From contig JACPSW010000006.1 in NCBI GenBank assembly GCA_016193045.1, forward strand, positions 1,116-65,115: DNA of 64,000 bases, in the 5' to 3' direction. Numbering within the stretch: the first letter of the stretch is position 1; every line of letters starts with the position of its first letter. The notes under the pieces are model-generated. The model made no database searches, was not told the DNA's origin, and saw only the letters and a program-made list of their open reading frames with translations. This document shows, one piece after another, positions 17,085 to 26,768 of the stretch. The DNA comes from Candidatus Rokuibacteriota bacterium (GTDB taxonomy: Bacteria; Methylomirabilota; Methylomirabilia; Rokubacteriales; CSP1-6). The position numbers and the translations under genes are program-made.

Positions 17085-17984
17085 TCATTCGGGCTCCTCC
17101 TTCGCTTCTCCCTGTTTCTTTACCGCGCCACTTTCTTCCTTTACCGGTACCCGGATCACCATTGGCTTGCCGGTCTTATACAGGTGAAATCTTCCCAAAG
17201 CGTAACGCCTCTCGAGTTCAGACGTTTGGTCGTCGTGAACAATCTTTATGTCACGCGGTACCTCAAAGTGGCTGTCCGCGATTTCGACGTTCTTTTCGAT
17301 CTTTGTCGCAAGTAGCTCCTCAGACCGGGCAAACCGGGAACGGAGGACTCTCAGCGGAATCGCGCCTTCCCAGAGGCAGGTGTTCATAGAGAAATCCTGG
17401 CCCGTCTGGAGGCGTTCGAATAACTTTTCTGGAACGGGCTCTTCCCCCAATTGGTAGACGTCGCATGTGTGCCCGAGGATGGTGGCCGTACCGACCTTTT
17501 TTCCCACATAGGGGAGATCGAAGGAGATAACACCTCTCGTTCGCATTCGCTCGTGAAACGCCTCCTTCTCGCCTTCCGACAATTTGTCGTATTCTGCTTT
17601 GCCGTATCGTTTGGGATTATCGATCTTGGTCCCGGTCTTCTGGATGAGGTCAAGCGTAAAGATATGGTCGGCAGTGTAGATCTGCAGCGTTCCTACCGTG
17701 GTAGTCTTGCCCTTTCCCGCCGGTAGCGTCATTTTAGTTACTTTCGCGAGCTTTTCGCCTTTCAGATAGACTGTCTGCGTTCCGCTGAAATCCTCAGTCG
17801 TGCCGCGGGCGGGGCCAGACATGTCACCGTGACCGAATTGGGTGTGGATCACGTAATGAATGATCGCACTGTCAATGGGATACGTTGCGATGTATGGATT
17901 CCTGAGGTGCGAGGCTCCCGCATTAGAGACGCAGACAGCAAGAAAGGCTGTTACGGTCGCGCTTAAGAAAACGTTTCGTCTCAT
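17085..17984 (-). CDS. Secreted hypothetical protein (about 50% GC, Lys-rich)
   Basis: Signal peptide MRRNVFLSATVTAFLAVCVSNAGA. No recognised domain. Composition is clearly foreign to the core. Confidence 0.5.
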   Translation of the reverse strand: MRRNVFLSATVTAFLAVCVSNAGASHLRNPYIATYPIDSAIIHYVIHTQFGHGDMSGPARGTTEDFSGTQTVYLKGEKLAKVTKMTLPAGKGKTTTVGTLQIYTADHIFTLDLIQKTGTKIDNPKRYGKAEYDKLSEGEKEAFHERMRTRGVISFDLPYVGKKVGTATILGHTCDVYQLGEEPVPEKLFERLQTGQDFSMNTCLWEGAIPLRVLRSRFARSEELLATKIEKNVEIADSHFEVPRDIKIVHDDQTSELERRYALGRFHLYKTGKPMVIRVPVKEESGAVKKQGEAKEEPE

Positions 17985-18075
17985 CGCGGACTGCCCCTTT
18001 AAAGCTTAAGGGGGACTCTCGGATGAGTCCCCCTCACCTGGTTACCTGGTCGTCACGAACCGCGGCGCACGAGCG

Positions 18076-20391
18076 CTAGTGTGCGAGCGGATCGGGGCGC
18101 AGCTGGAACTTGACCATATATCCGATTTCGGTCTCGATGTGCCAGACGGCGACCGTACCGTAGTCCGCCCACAAGCCCCGGCCTTTCCACCCCGCGTTCG
18201 GATCATCGATTCTCCCATCGAGCCCGCGATGGTAGAACCCGAGCGGATATGGCACGCGCGCTACCAAGAACTCCTTGGTCGCCGGGTCCAACACGAGGAG
18301 TGCGTCTGACGTACTCCCGGTCGCGATCGGGACATTCTCTCCCAGCCCGAGCGTGTTATGCTGGTCGACCCAGTTATAGTAGTGGAAGTCAGCACTTCCG
18401 GGATCGGTCACGCCCTTCATCTGCGGCCCAGGGGTTGGATACAGGGTCCACCCTTCAGGGCACTGCCGCCCTGTACCCCAAGCGCGCGTACATATGCTGC
18501 GGTCGAAACTGGCGAGGTGTCCGCTGCCGCCGAGCGCGGTCCAGATCAGGCCGTTCTTGTCCACGTCGATCCCTCTCGGTCCGTGGCCAGTCACGGTTCC
18601 CGGGGGGAGGTTCGGGTCCGCGACCGAGGGAGGTTCGTAGGCTTCATGTCGGCCGGTCAACGGGTCATACCGTTCGATTCGCCCGGGAAAACTCGAAACT
18701 GTTGGCCCTTCCGTGTCCAGACCCCCACTCGTCAATGGCAGGACACCGGTCCAGATACTCCCATCAGCGGGGTTGGGGATGATCCCATAGTGAAAGCCGA
18801 CCAATGGAGTATCAGGTACGCCGTCACCGTTAGAATCCACGACAACATAGGACCAGCCTTGGGCGCGCCCAACGCTACTGGGATCGTTCGGGTTGAACTT
18901 GCTCGGGTCAAACCACCCGATGACGAGTAAGTCCCCGCTCAGCCAAAGAATGCCCTTCTTGTCAAATTGCAGATGGTGCGTACCGTAGCAGGTGTCGATC
19001 AGCACAAATTCTTTGTTCCCCGGGTCATAGTATCCGAGCTGCCGCGTGCTCAAGAGTGCCGGCGCTGGGGCGGTGGGATCGGGCAAGGGCGTCTGGTTTG
19101 TGAGGCAAAAGTCCGGCACGTCGTTTGCCTCTCGGATCTTCACAGTGATCCAGACCTTACCGTCGGCATCGATCATGGGGTTATGCGGGTTCATGGGGTT
19201 TGTCCAGATGATCTCGGTGCCCCACTTGGCTGACGGGAAACCCGCGGACATGGTCTGGGGGAAAAACGTGCTAGTATTGCCGACCGGATTCGGGATCTTG
19301 ATCATGCTCGACGTGTGGGCCACGGGGTCGGTGATGATGAGGCGGTCATTTCCGAATTCAACACCGTACACGGGCCCGTTTGCGTTGACCGTAGGGTTTC
19401 GTTTGTCCGTCACAACCTCGTCGTGCGCATACGACACCTCATCGCCCCATGCCCACATCGTGATCACGACGTTTCGCTCCGGTCCTTGCGGCCTCGGTGG
19501 CTGCGTGGGCACCTCGCCCGCGGCCATTCGTTCCGCCCAATCTCCGAACGTGGCGAGGCCGGCTTCTCTGCCGAAGGCGCTCATCGAGCCGCTCATCTGC
19601 GCGCCACGCTGGCCCGAACGGACGTGACGATCAAAGGCGGCAGCACCGGACTCATGGTGGCCGGGATCGTAAATGCCAGCGATGTGATCATGGAGCCGGG
19701 TCGCATGGTTGCCCAGCTGGTGGCAGAGCTGGCAACCGAGCTTCATCTGACTGACCCACTGGGCCTGATGCTCCATGCTCGTAGAAATCCCGTTCCCGCC
19801 TTGGGATGTCGGGCCCGTTCCCGGGAACTGGCTCTTGTCCGGAACTTGGAATATGGAGACCCAATAATTCTCGGGGTAGACCTGTGCTGCCTCGGCAGGG
19901 CAGCGGGCTGGCTCGGCCACGAGCGTCACGAGCTGACCCGTCGACACCTGCACCCGGGCTGAATCGCGGAGCCCGTAGCCCCGCACCCACACGTCATACA
20001 CGGCGGTCGGCAGGTCCGGCAGGACAAACCGTCCCTCGCTGTCTGTCACTGCAATCTTGATATACCTGGTGGGCAGACGACCACGGTGGAGCGCGCTCTC
20101 AGGGACTGTGATGATGTCGGCTTCCGCGATCACCCATACGCCAGCCACATCAACGCCCGGAGGTACGATGACTTTTCCGCCGATACCATCGGAATCAATA
20201 GCAACCTTTGGGGGTTGAAGCTGGGCCCCCTTAGGCCTGAATGGAGTAGGGCTGATACCGCCGCACGGGTCGAGCGTAGTTCTGATGTGCTCCCCGACAT
20301 GGGCGACCGCGGCGGAAGGACCACCAAAGAAGATGGCGAAACCAAAGAAAAGGGCAAGAGCGGATAGCACTATCGCTTGTGGACTTTTCAT
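18076..20391 (-). CDS. Secreted multidomain protein: CarboxypepD_reg-like domain, single c-type heme site (CQLCH), Vgb/NHL-like beta-propeller
   Basis: Signal peptide after the second ATG (ggaggag RBS). IAVTDSEGRFVLPDLPTAVYDVWVRGYG is a CarboxypepD_reg motif. CQLCHQLGNH. Repeated D-x-x-G-x-(I/L)-W blades (DADGKVWITV, DKKGILWLSGD, PADGSIWTGV, DKNGLIWTAL). Confidence 0.55.
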   Translation of the reverse strand: MKSPQAIVLSALALFFGFAIFFGGPSAAVAHVGEHIRTTLDPCGGISPTPFRPKGAQLQPPKVAIDSDGIGGKVIVPPGVDVAGVWVIAEADIITVPESALHRGRLPTRYIKIAVTDSEGRFVLPDLPTAVYDVWVRGYGLRDSARVQVSTGQLVTLVAEPARCPAEAAQVYPENYWVSIFQVPDKSQFPGTGPTSQGGNGISTSMEHQAQWVSQMKLGCQLCHQLGNHATRLHDHIAGIYDPGHHESGAAAFDRHVRSGQRGAQMSGSMSAFGREAGLATFGDWAERMAAGEVPTQPPRPQGPERNVVITMWAWGDEVSYAHDEVVTDKRNPTVNANGPVYGVEFGNDRLIITDPVAHTSSMIKIPNPVGNTSTFFPQTMSAGFPSAKWGTEIIWTNPMNPHNPMIDADGKVWITVKIREANDVPDFCLTNQTPLPDPTAPAPALLSTRQLGYYDPGNKEFVLIDTCYGTHHLQFDKKGILWLSGDLLVIGWFDPSKFNPNDPSSVGRAQGWSYVVVDSNGDGVPDTPLVGFHYGIIPNPADGSIWTGVLPLTSGGLDTEGPTVSSFPGRIERYDPLTGRHEAYEPPSVADPNLPPGTVTGHGPRGIDVDKNGLIWTALGGSGHLASFDRSICTRAWGTGRQCPEGWTLYPTPGPQMKGVTDPGSADFHYYNWVDQHNTLGLGENVPIATGSTSDALLVLDPATKEFLVARVPYPLGFYHRGLDGRIDDPNAGWKGRGLWADYGTVAVWHIETEIGYMVKFQLRPDPLAH

Positions 20392-20607
20392 CTTTCTCCT
20401 CCTCTCCCTAATTCGCACCCTGACTTTCCACCTTTGTGAATCTTTGCGCTGTCCGAGAGCACCCCACTGGCAACGCTACAATCGTCACGCGGCGCTGCCG
20501 GGCGCAGGCAATTCAGAGTTCCCTGTAAATACTTGCGCATCACGATATCCCCGCCGTTTTAACCGTCAACCCCTGATCAGGGGCTTTCGGAGCCCCCAAA
20601 TGGGGGA

Positions 20608-20695
20608 GGCGTGGCGGCAGGATTACAAGAACCTCTGGCCTCACAACAGCTTGGGGCATCGAACCCCGGCGAGTTCCGGGCTGGCTTTGTGGTGA
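20608..20695 (+). pseudogene. C-terminal remnant of an rve/DDE transposase (IS3/IS481-like)
   Basis: RQDYKNLWPHNSLGHRTPASSGLALW matches the Y-N-x-x-R-P-H-x-S-L-G-x-x-T-P transposase C-terminal motif. The upstream ORF sequence is noise. Confidence 0.4.
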
Positions 20696-20833
20696 ACCCG
20701 GCACCGAGAGGGCTCCGAAAGTTGCACACCTAGCGGCTCAGATCGGGGGGTGGACGAGATCTTGAACTCCGCCATGTTGTCCGGCTATCATGCTGCTGTA
20801 AATGTCGTACCCGCCGGGCACGGGCATCGACTT

Positions 20834-22546
20834 ATGAGCAGAGAGTCCACCCAGCAATCCTTGACGCACGCCGACAGCCGCGTGTCGGCACTACTCGAGA
20901 TCGCCGCCGCGATCAACTCCACCTTGGATTTCAAGATGCTCCTAAAGGTCTTCGCGAAGAAAGCAGCTCAGGCTTGCGGCTTTGATCGGTGCTCGATCTT
21001 CCTGTGGCGCGATGGCGTTCTGCTCCCCGTGATGTCGCAGTACGCTTCCGGGGTGAGCCGCGACCACCTCTGGAGGGTCTTCAAGTCTCTTGGGCCTTAC
21101 CACTCGGACGACGTTCCGGCCTTTGGTCGAGCCCTCCGTGAGCGGAGGCCGGTTCTTGTGGAGGACGTGGGCCGCAGTGGACTCGTACCGACCGATTGGT
21201 TCGACATTTTCGACCTGCACTCCGTTCTCGTATTCCCGCTTCTTCGGCAGGATCTTCCTGTCGGGATCATGCACTTCGATAACTGCCTGAGCTCGATGCC
21301 GTTCAACCAGGCTGACGTCGATCTCGGTAGCGCGATCGCGAGCCAGCTCGCGTTAGCCATCGACAATGCGCGCCTTGTCGAGGAGACCAGAAATAGACTC
21401 CAAGAGACAGCGACGCTGTTAAGCGTCGGGCGCACTGTAGGCTCGACGCTGGACCTTGGCGAAGTCGCTCGCCGACTCAGCCACGCCGCCGCGGCTGCTA
21501 TCAACGCGGACTCCGCTGGGATCTACGTCAGCAGCGAGGATAATGCGATGCTGAAGCCGCTCGCCGGCTACCATGTTCCAAAACCGCTCCTCGAGTGGAT
21601 GGGGAGCGAGCGCGTGTTGCACAATTTTCACCACCTAGGCCGTATGTTGAAGGAGTCGGGGCATAGCCTGTGGTCTGACGACGTGCGAAATGATCCCCGA
21701 TTCGAGCACGAGATCTTCCGTCGTTTCCCTATGCAGTCGATCCTAGTGACGAGTCTTGAGGCTATGGACGAGCTGTTAGGTGTGCTCGTCTGCGTGTGGT
21801 GGACCGAGCGCCGGCGGTTTTTAGAAAAGGAGCTGCGCCTAATTGAAGGGATCGCTGACCAGGCGGCGATCGCGATCGCCAATGCGCGCCTGTACGCGAA
21901 GGCTGAAGAGCTGGCCGTGAGCCGGGAGCGGCTACGTATGGCGCAGGAACTTCACCACAAGTTGAGTCAGAGTGTTTTCTCGATGCGGCTTACGCTCGAG
22001 TGGTGCCTCCACCAAACGCTTGACTCAGGAGTTCGTTCACGGCTCGAACAGGTCAAACAAGAGGCCAGCGCCATCATGGGGCAGATGCGTCAGCTGATCT
22101 ACGAGCTGACTCCTGAAAGTGGCTCAGGGATGACCTTCGCCGCACGGCTTCGGAAACTGGTGGACGATTTCCGAGAGCTGAGCGGCCTTGCCGTGGAATA
22201 CGGGGCGCAAGGGGACCTTGCGAGATTGGGTGAGTCACAGCAGGAGGCCCTCCTGAAGGCGTTGCAGGAGAGCTTGGCGAACATTGTGAAACACGCGCGA
22301 GCGTCGCACGTAAGTGTCCGCGTTGATGTCCTCGCGGAGGAGGTTCAGTTCGAGGTGAGGGACGACGGCATTGGCGTTCCCGCAGGCTTCAGGAGCGCAG
22401 TCTACGCGAGCTCTGGCCACCTCGGGCTTTTCGGGATGATCGAACGCATCAAAGCAATAGGTGGCGAAATTGAGTTAAACAACTCCGCTCCCTCGGGTTT
22501 TTGCCTGAGAGGCAAGTTTCCGGTGGGGTATGGCGAGCATGTCTAA
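20834..22546 (+). CDS. Cytoplasmic tandem-GAF sensor histidine kinase (HisKA_3 + HATPase_c)
   Basis: Two GAF-like regions (...ENARLYAKAEEL), H-box ELHHKLSQSVFSMRLTLEW, ATPase LQESLANIVKHARASHVSV. Start could instead be 20750. Confidence 0.85.
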   Translation: MSRESTQQSLTHADSRVSALLEIAAAINSTLDFKMLLKVFAKKAAQACGFDRCSIFLWRDGVLLPVMSQYASGVSRDHLWRVFKSLGPYHSDDVPAFGRALRERRPVLVEDVGRSGLVPTDWFDIFDLHSVLVFPLLRQDLPVGIMHFDNCLSSMPFNQADVDLGSAIASQLALAIDNARLVEETRNRLQETATLLSVGRTVGSTLDLGEVARRLSHAAAAAINADSAGIYVSSEDNAMLKPLAGYHVPKPLLEWMGSERVLHNFHHLGRMLKESGHSLWSDDVRNDPRFEHEIFRRFPMQSILVTSLEAMDELLGVLVCVWWTERRRFLEKELRLIEGIADQAAIAIANARLYAKAEELAVSRERLRMAQELHHKLSQSVFSMRLTLEWCLHQTLDSGVRSRLEQVKQEASAIMGQMRQLIYELTPESGSGMTFAARLRKLVDDFRELSGLAVEYGAQGDLARLGESQQEALLKALQESLANIVKHARASHVSVRVDVLAEEVQFEVRDDGIGVPAGFRSAVYASSGHLGLFGMIERIKAIGGEIELNNSAPSGFCLRGKFPVGYGEHV

Positions 22547-23198
22547 GATCCGGATCGTCGTCGTGGATGATCACGAGGTTGTCCGGCACGGCCTCCGGTT
22601 GTCCCTGGAGCTCGAGGCTGATATGGTGGTCGTGGGCGAGGCACGGACGGGCGAAGAAGCTGTCACCGTGGCGTTGCAGAAACGTCCCGACGTTTTACTG
22701 CTGGACGCACGGCTTGGGGACGTCGATGGGCCGGAGGTCTGCCGTCAGGTGCGCGCGGTGGCTCCAAACATAGCGATCTTGATGCTCAGCAGCTATTTGC
22801 AGGATGGCTTGGTTCTTCGAAGCCTAGTCGCCGGAGCGAAGGGTTACATCAGCAAGGATGTTGAACTTGCTGACCTCAAGAAGATAATACGCTCGGTCTA
22901 CCGGGGGAACGCGGTGCTGGACCCAAAGGTGACGAAACAGCTGATTTCGACGGCGACGGGCGAGAGCAAGCTACCAAAGCTGCAAGAAAGGCTGACAAAG
23001 GGTACAGTGTCCCTCACGGAGACTGATCTTCTCATCATGCGACATCTCGCCAGCGGGTTGACCAATAAGGAGATCGCCGCCATGGTTCACTTGAGCCCAT
23101 ATACTGTCAAGGATCACCTGCTGAAGATCTGCAGTGTGCTCAACGCGAGGTCGCGTACCGAAGTCGTCGCGGAGGCGTTGAGGCGCGGTCTGATCTGA
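22530..23198 (+). CDS. NarL/FixJ-family response regulator
   Basis: IRIVVVDDHEVVRHGL, D in LLLDARLGD, LuxR HTH TNKEIAAMVHLSPYTVKDHLLKI. 17-nt overlap with the kinase gene. Confidence 0.9.
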   Translation: MASMSKIRIVVVDDHEVVRHGLRLSLELEADMVVVGEARTGEEAVTVALQKRPDVLLLDARLGDVDGPEVCRQVRAVAPNIAILMLSSYLQDGLVLRSLVAGAKGYISKDVELADLKKIIRSVYRGNAVLDPKVTKQLISTATGESKLPKLQERLTKGTVSLTETDLLIMRHLASGLTNKEIAAMVHLSPYTVKDHLLKICSVLNARSRTEVVAEALRRGLI

Positions 23199-23383
23199 TC
23201 AGTTCTGTTTCATCCCCGGACTCCAGCGCCTTCGCGACCCCCCACGGCTGCGCAGCCAGGTGGGCCCCGTGGCGTCCGCCTGAAACTCGCTAGAAAATTA
23301 GGCCAAACGTTTCACTCTTGCGCGGGGGATCGTCAGGCTCCCCCCGCGGCGGTGGTATTCTATTTCAAAGGACAGCATTTGGC

Positions 23384-23422
23384 GATAGACCTTTTCTATT
23401 GAGCCGTTATAGGAGGTCTATC
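23384..23422. repeat. 9-bp perfect inverted repeat GATAGACCT...AGGTCTATC in the AT-rich island border
   Basis: gatagacct(23384-23392) ... aggtctatc(23414-23422), within a roughly 350-bp non-coding stretch beside the Xis-like gene. Confidence 0.4.
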
Positions 23423-23549
23423 CAGTAGGTTTCAGGGACCGTGTAGTATTCAGGATATCCAACCCCCGTAACCAATCAGATCTCAAGCCACTCCCTGCGC
23501 ACGTCCGCGCTGGCGCGGGGGTCGTTGGGGGTGCCGGCCGCTTTGGGGC

Positions 23550-23861
23550 TCATGCCAGCTCCTTCCGGGTCTCGATCAGGCGATCAAGATCTGCCCGCTC
23601 GATCCTGATGAGCCTCTCGCCCAGGCGGACCGGGGCGAGCTTCCCGCTCTCCACCCAGCCCCGGACCGTCCGATAGGACACGGCGAGGTACTCAGCGGTG
23701 GACTGCTGAGCCAGCGCTCTCCCGTCCTTGCCGCTGCTCGGGCTGCCGCCAGCCTCGGGTCTTCCCGCGTCATGCCTGGCCGGGGCCTTCCTCGGCCGGT
23801 CGGGCCGGCGTCGGAGCTTGAGGCTGGCCGTAGCGAGTGGGAGGGAAGATGGGGCACTCAT
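23550..23861 (-). CDS. AlpA/Xis-like HTH (HTH_17, excisionase family) DNA-binding protein
   Basis: AEYLAVSYRTVRGWVESGKLAPVRLGERLIRIERADLDRLIE. Basic low-complexity N-terminus. At the right edge of the low-GC island. Confidence 0.6.
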   Translation of the reverse strand: MSAPSSLPLATASLKLRRRPDRPRKAPARHDAGRPEAGGSPSSGKDGRALAQQSTAEYLAVSYRTVRGWVESGKLAPVRLGERLIRIERADLDRLIETRKELA

Positions 23862-24286
23862 CGAATCCTGGTCCTTTGACGTATTCACAGCCTCGCAGTG
23901 GATCCGGAGTGGCTCAATGGTCAAAGTGCCTCGTCTTCGAGCAGCATTCTGAGTGCCCCCTGTGGGTGGCGTCTGGCCGTTCCGGGCTCTCGGTCAGGAA
24001 CGAGGCGCGGCCGGATGGGGGACTCCCGGATCGGTACCGCCAGGGAACGGAATCAGGCCGCCGCGCCCGCGGCGAACGCTACCCCGAGATCCTGGTTCAG
24101 CGTGTTGATCAGCCCTCGGACCTCCTGAGGGTCCAGGCCGGCGCGCCTCCGGTCCGTGTCGACCTGCACCGGAGTGAGTGGGTCCGGAGAGAACCTGGGC
24201 GCGACTACGCCGAGGCGAGTTCCCTGGCAAAACGTAGTGCAACGGCGGCCGGCGGTCAAGGGCGCGCCTGCGCCGGGCGTTTTCGC

Positions 24287-24334
24287 TTGACACGCCGCTC
24301 GGGCGAGTGTAGAAAATGTAGAAAACGTTTTCAT
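24287..24334 (+). promoter_or_regulatory. Promoter (TTGACA-17-TAGAAA) overlapping a LacI-type palindromic operator GAAAACGTTTTC
   Basis: TTGACA 24287-24292, -10 24310-24315, perfect 12-bp palindrome 24321-24332 with a partial second half-site TGTAGAAAA. 20 nt upstream of the lacI-family gene. Confidence 0.55.
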
Positions 24335-24353
24335 AACTTTTCATTCTTGCCAA

Positions 24354-25426
24354 TGGGCCGCCCTGCTCCGCGCTCCGGCCGTCGCCCGGCCACGATCCTC
24401 GACGTGGCCCGACGGGCCAGCGTGTCCCCCGCGACGGTCTCGCGGGTGCTCAACCGGCGGCCCCACGTGCGTCCGGAGGTGCGGGCCGCGGTCGAGCGTG
24501 CGGTGGCAGCGCTGGGATTCCGGCCTAATCCCGTCGCGCGGAGCCTCGTCGGGGGCGGCAGCCGGACCCTGGGGCTAATCGTCGCGGACATCACGAACCC
24601 GTTCTACGCCGAGACGGCGAAGGCGATCGTGGAGACCGCCCGTGGTCGCGGGTACATGGTCGTGCTGTGCAACACGGACAATCTGCCGCGCCTCCAGGCG
24701 GAGCAGATCCGCATGCTCCGCGAGCAGCGCGTCGAGGGGATCATCCTTGGGTCCGTGCACCGCCGGGACCCCGCGGCCGAGGAGCTCGTGGCCAGCAGGT
24801 TCCCATGCGTCATGTACAACCGGCGCCTAGCCTCCCAGGCCGGGACGTTTGTCGTCCTGGACAACGTGCGGGGCGCCGAGGAAGTGACCCGGCACTTCAT
24901 CGAGCTCGCGCACCGGCGCATCGCGTTCCTCGCCGGCCCGCCGAGCTTCTCCACCGCCGCCGAGCGTCTCACCGGCTACCGTCGGGCGCTCGCGCACGCG
25001 GGGATCCCCTTCGACCGGCGGCTCGTCCGCCAGGGGCAGTTCAAGGCCGAGCTCGCCTATCAGGCGGCGCGCGAACTGCTCCAGCAGCGGCCGCGCCCCA
25101 CCGCCATCGTCGCGGGCAACGACCTGACGGCGCTGGCCGTGCTGGATGCCGCCGCGCACCTCGGGGTCCGGGTGCCGGAGGACGTGGGCGTGAGCGGGTT
25201 CGACGACATCGAGCTGGCGGGCAGCGAACGCATCCAGTTGACGACGGTGGGGCAGCAGAAGGCGGAGATGGGGCGCCTTGCGGTCAACTACCTGCTGGAG
25301 CTCGTCGAGGCCCGGGATGGGCTCCGGCGCGATCCGATCCATCACGTCCTCCCGCCGACGCTGGTCGTCCGGAGGAGCTGCGGCGCGATGGCGGGCGCAC
25401 GAGTGCGGCGGGCGGCAACACTCTAA
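24354..25426 (+). CDS. LacI-family transcriptional regulator
   Basis: ATILDVARRASVSPATVSRVLN HTH plus a periplasmic-binding-fold sugar-binding domain. Internal ATG 24354. Confidence 0.85.
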
Positions 25427-25470
25427 GCGGCGTGGCGGGCGCACGAGTCCGCACGCGGGGAGGACCAACC

Positions 25471-26755
25471 ATGGACCGACGGGAGTTCTTGCGGCAGGGA
25501 GCCCTGGCCAGCGCGGCCGTGACGCTGGGGGCCACGGCGGGGCCACGGATCGCACGCGCCCAGGGGAAGACGGGGACGGTCCGGGTGTGGGGGGAGCCCG
25601 GCCCCTATGCGGGCGTGGCGGTCGAAGGGATGAACGAGTGGGCGAAGGCCAACGCGCCCGGGCTCAAGTTCACCATCGAGACGCTCAGCTGGACGGACGT
25701 CTACCCCAAGCTCATGACGGACCTGGCGGCCGGGCGGCCGGCCTCGTGCATCAGCGTGGAGTCCCCCATCGCCTTCCAGCTCATGGCCGAGGGGCTGCTG
25801 GCGCCGGTGGACGACGTGATCGACAAGATCGGCCGGCACCGCATGATCCCCGGCGCGAAGTGGGAGTACTGGGGCGCCTGGAAGGGGAAGCAGTACGTCG
25901 TGCCGGCCCACCACCAGTCGCACCTCCTGGTGGTCCGGACGGATGCCCTCGGGGACGCCGGGGTCACGAAGTCGCCGGAGCAGTGGAATTGGAACGACCT
26001 GTTGGCCGCCGCCAAGGCCGTCAAGGAGAAGACCAAGCTCTTCGGTTTCTGCATCGCGCTGGGGCGGACAATCGCCACCGACTACTACCTGAGCGGCTTG
26101 CTCCACTCCGCAGGGGCGCGCATGTTCGACGTCAGAAACAACTTCGCGGTCGCGTTCGACTCCCCGGCCTCGATCGAGACCTTTGAGTTCGTGAGCGAGC
26201 TCTACCCCTATATGCCGCCGGGGGCGCTCGGGTACACCTTCCTGGACGTGGTGGACTCGATGGCGACCGGCCATAGAGGCCTACCAGCACGCCGGGCATC
26301 CCCGGACGGGCAAGCGGCTCAACTGGAACGACTTCCAGGGCTAGGCGATCCCGAAGGACAACAACCCCTACGTCGCCGAGGTCAAGGCGGCGCTCGGGTA
26401 CTACCTGACGCACAAGGACTGGCCGCTCCGCTACGTCCACTCGCTCGTGCCGAACGTCTCGCCGGTGTTCCAGGACGTCGCCCAGGATCCGCGGCTGACG
26501 ACGCATCCCTTCTTCAAGACGAAGCGGCGGACGATCTTCGAGTACTATGTGGAGGCGCTCAAGCATGCGAGCAACTCCGGCAACGAGCTCCTCGAGGGCA
26601 TCAACCCGTTGGCGGGCATCGTCCACGGCCGGAGCATCCTGGCCCAGGGGATCCAGAAGGTGTTGATCGACAAGTGGTCCTCAAAGAACGCTGTGAAGTG
26701 GGTGGCGGGCGAGCTGGAGCAGGTCCGTCGCGAGCACATCCGGCTCCTGATCTGA
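25471..26755 (+). pseudogene. ABC transporter extracellular solute-binding protein (TAT signal), frameshift near 26268 and in-frame TAG at 26342
   Basis: MDRREFLRQGALASAAVTL... reads to ...LDVVDSMATG. The sensible sequence then continues in the +1 frame (IEAYQHAGHPRTGKRLNWNDFQG*AIPKDNNPYVAEVKAALGYYLTHKDW...EHIRLLI). Confidence 0.65.
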
Positions 26756-26768
26756 GGACGATCGGTTT

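Noticed and set aside
23221-23245. Displaced 3' end of tRNA-Asp (cgacccccca) at the right island border
   Set aside because: Only the acceptor-like heptamer is present. No T-arm precedes it and the CCA register is off by one. Inconclusive.
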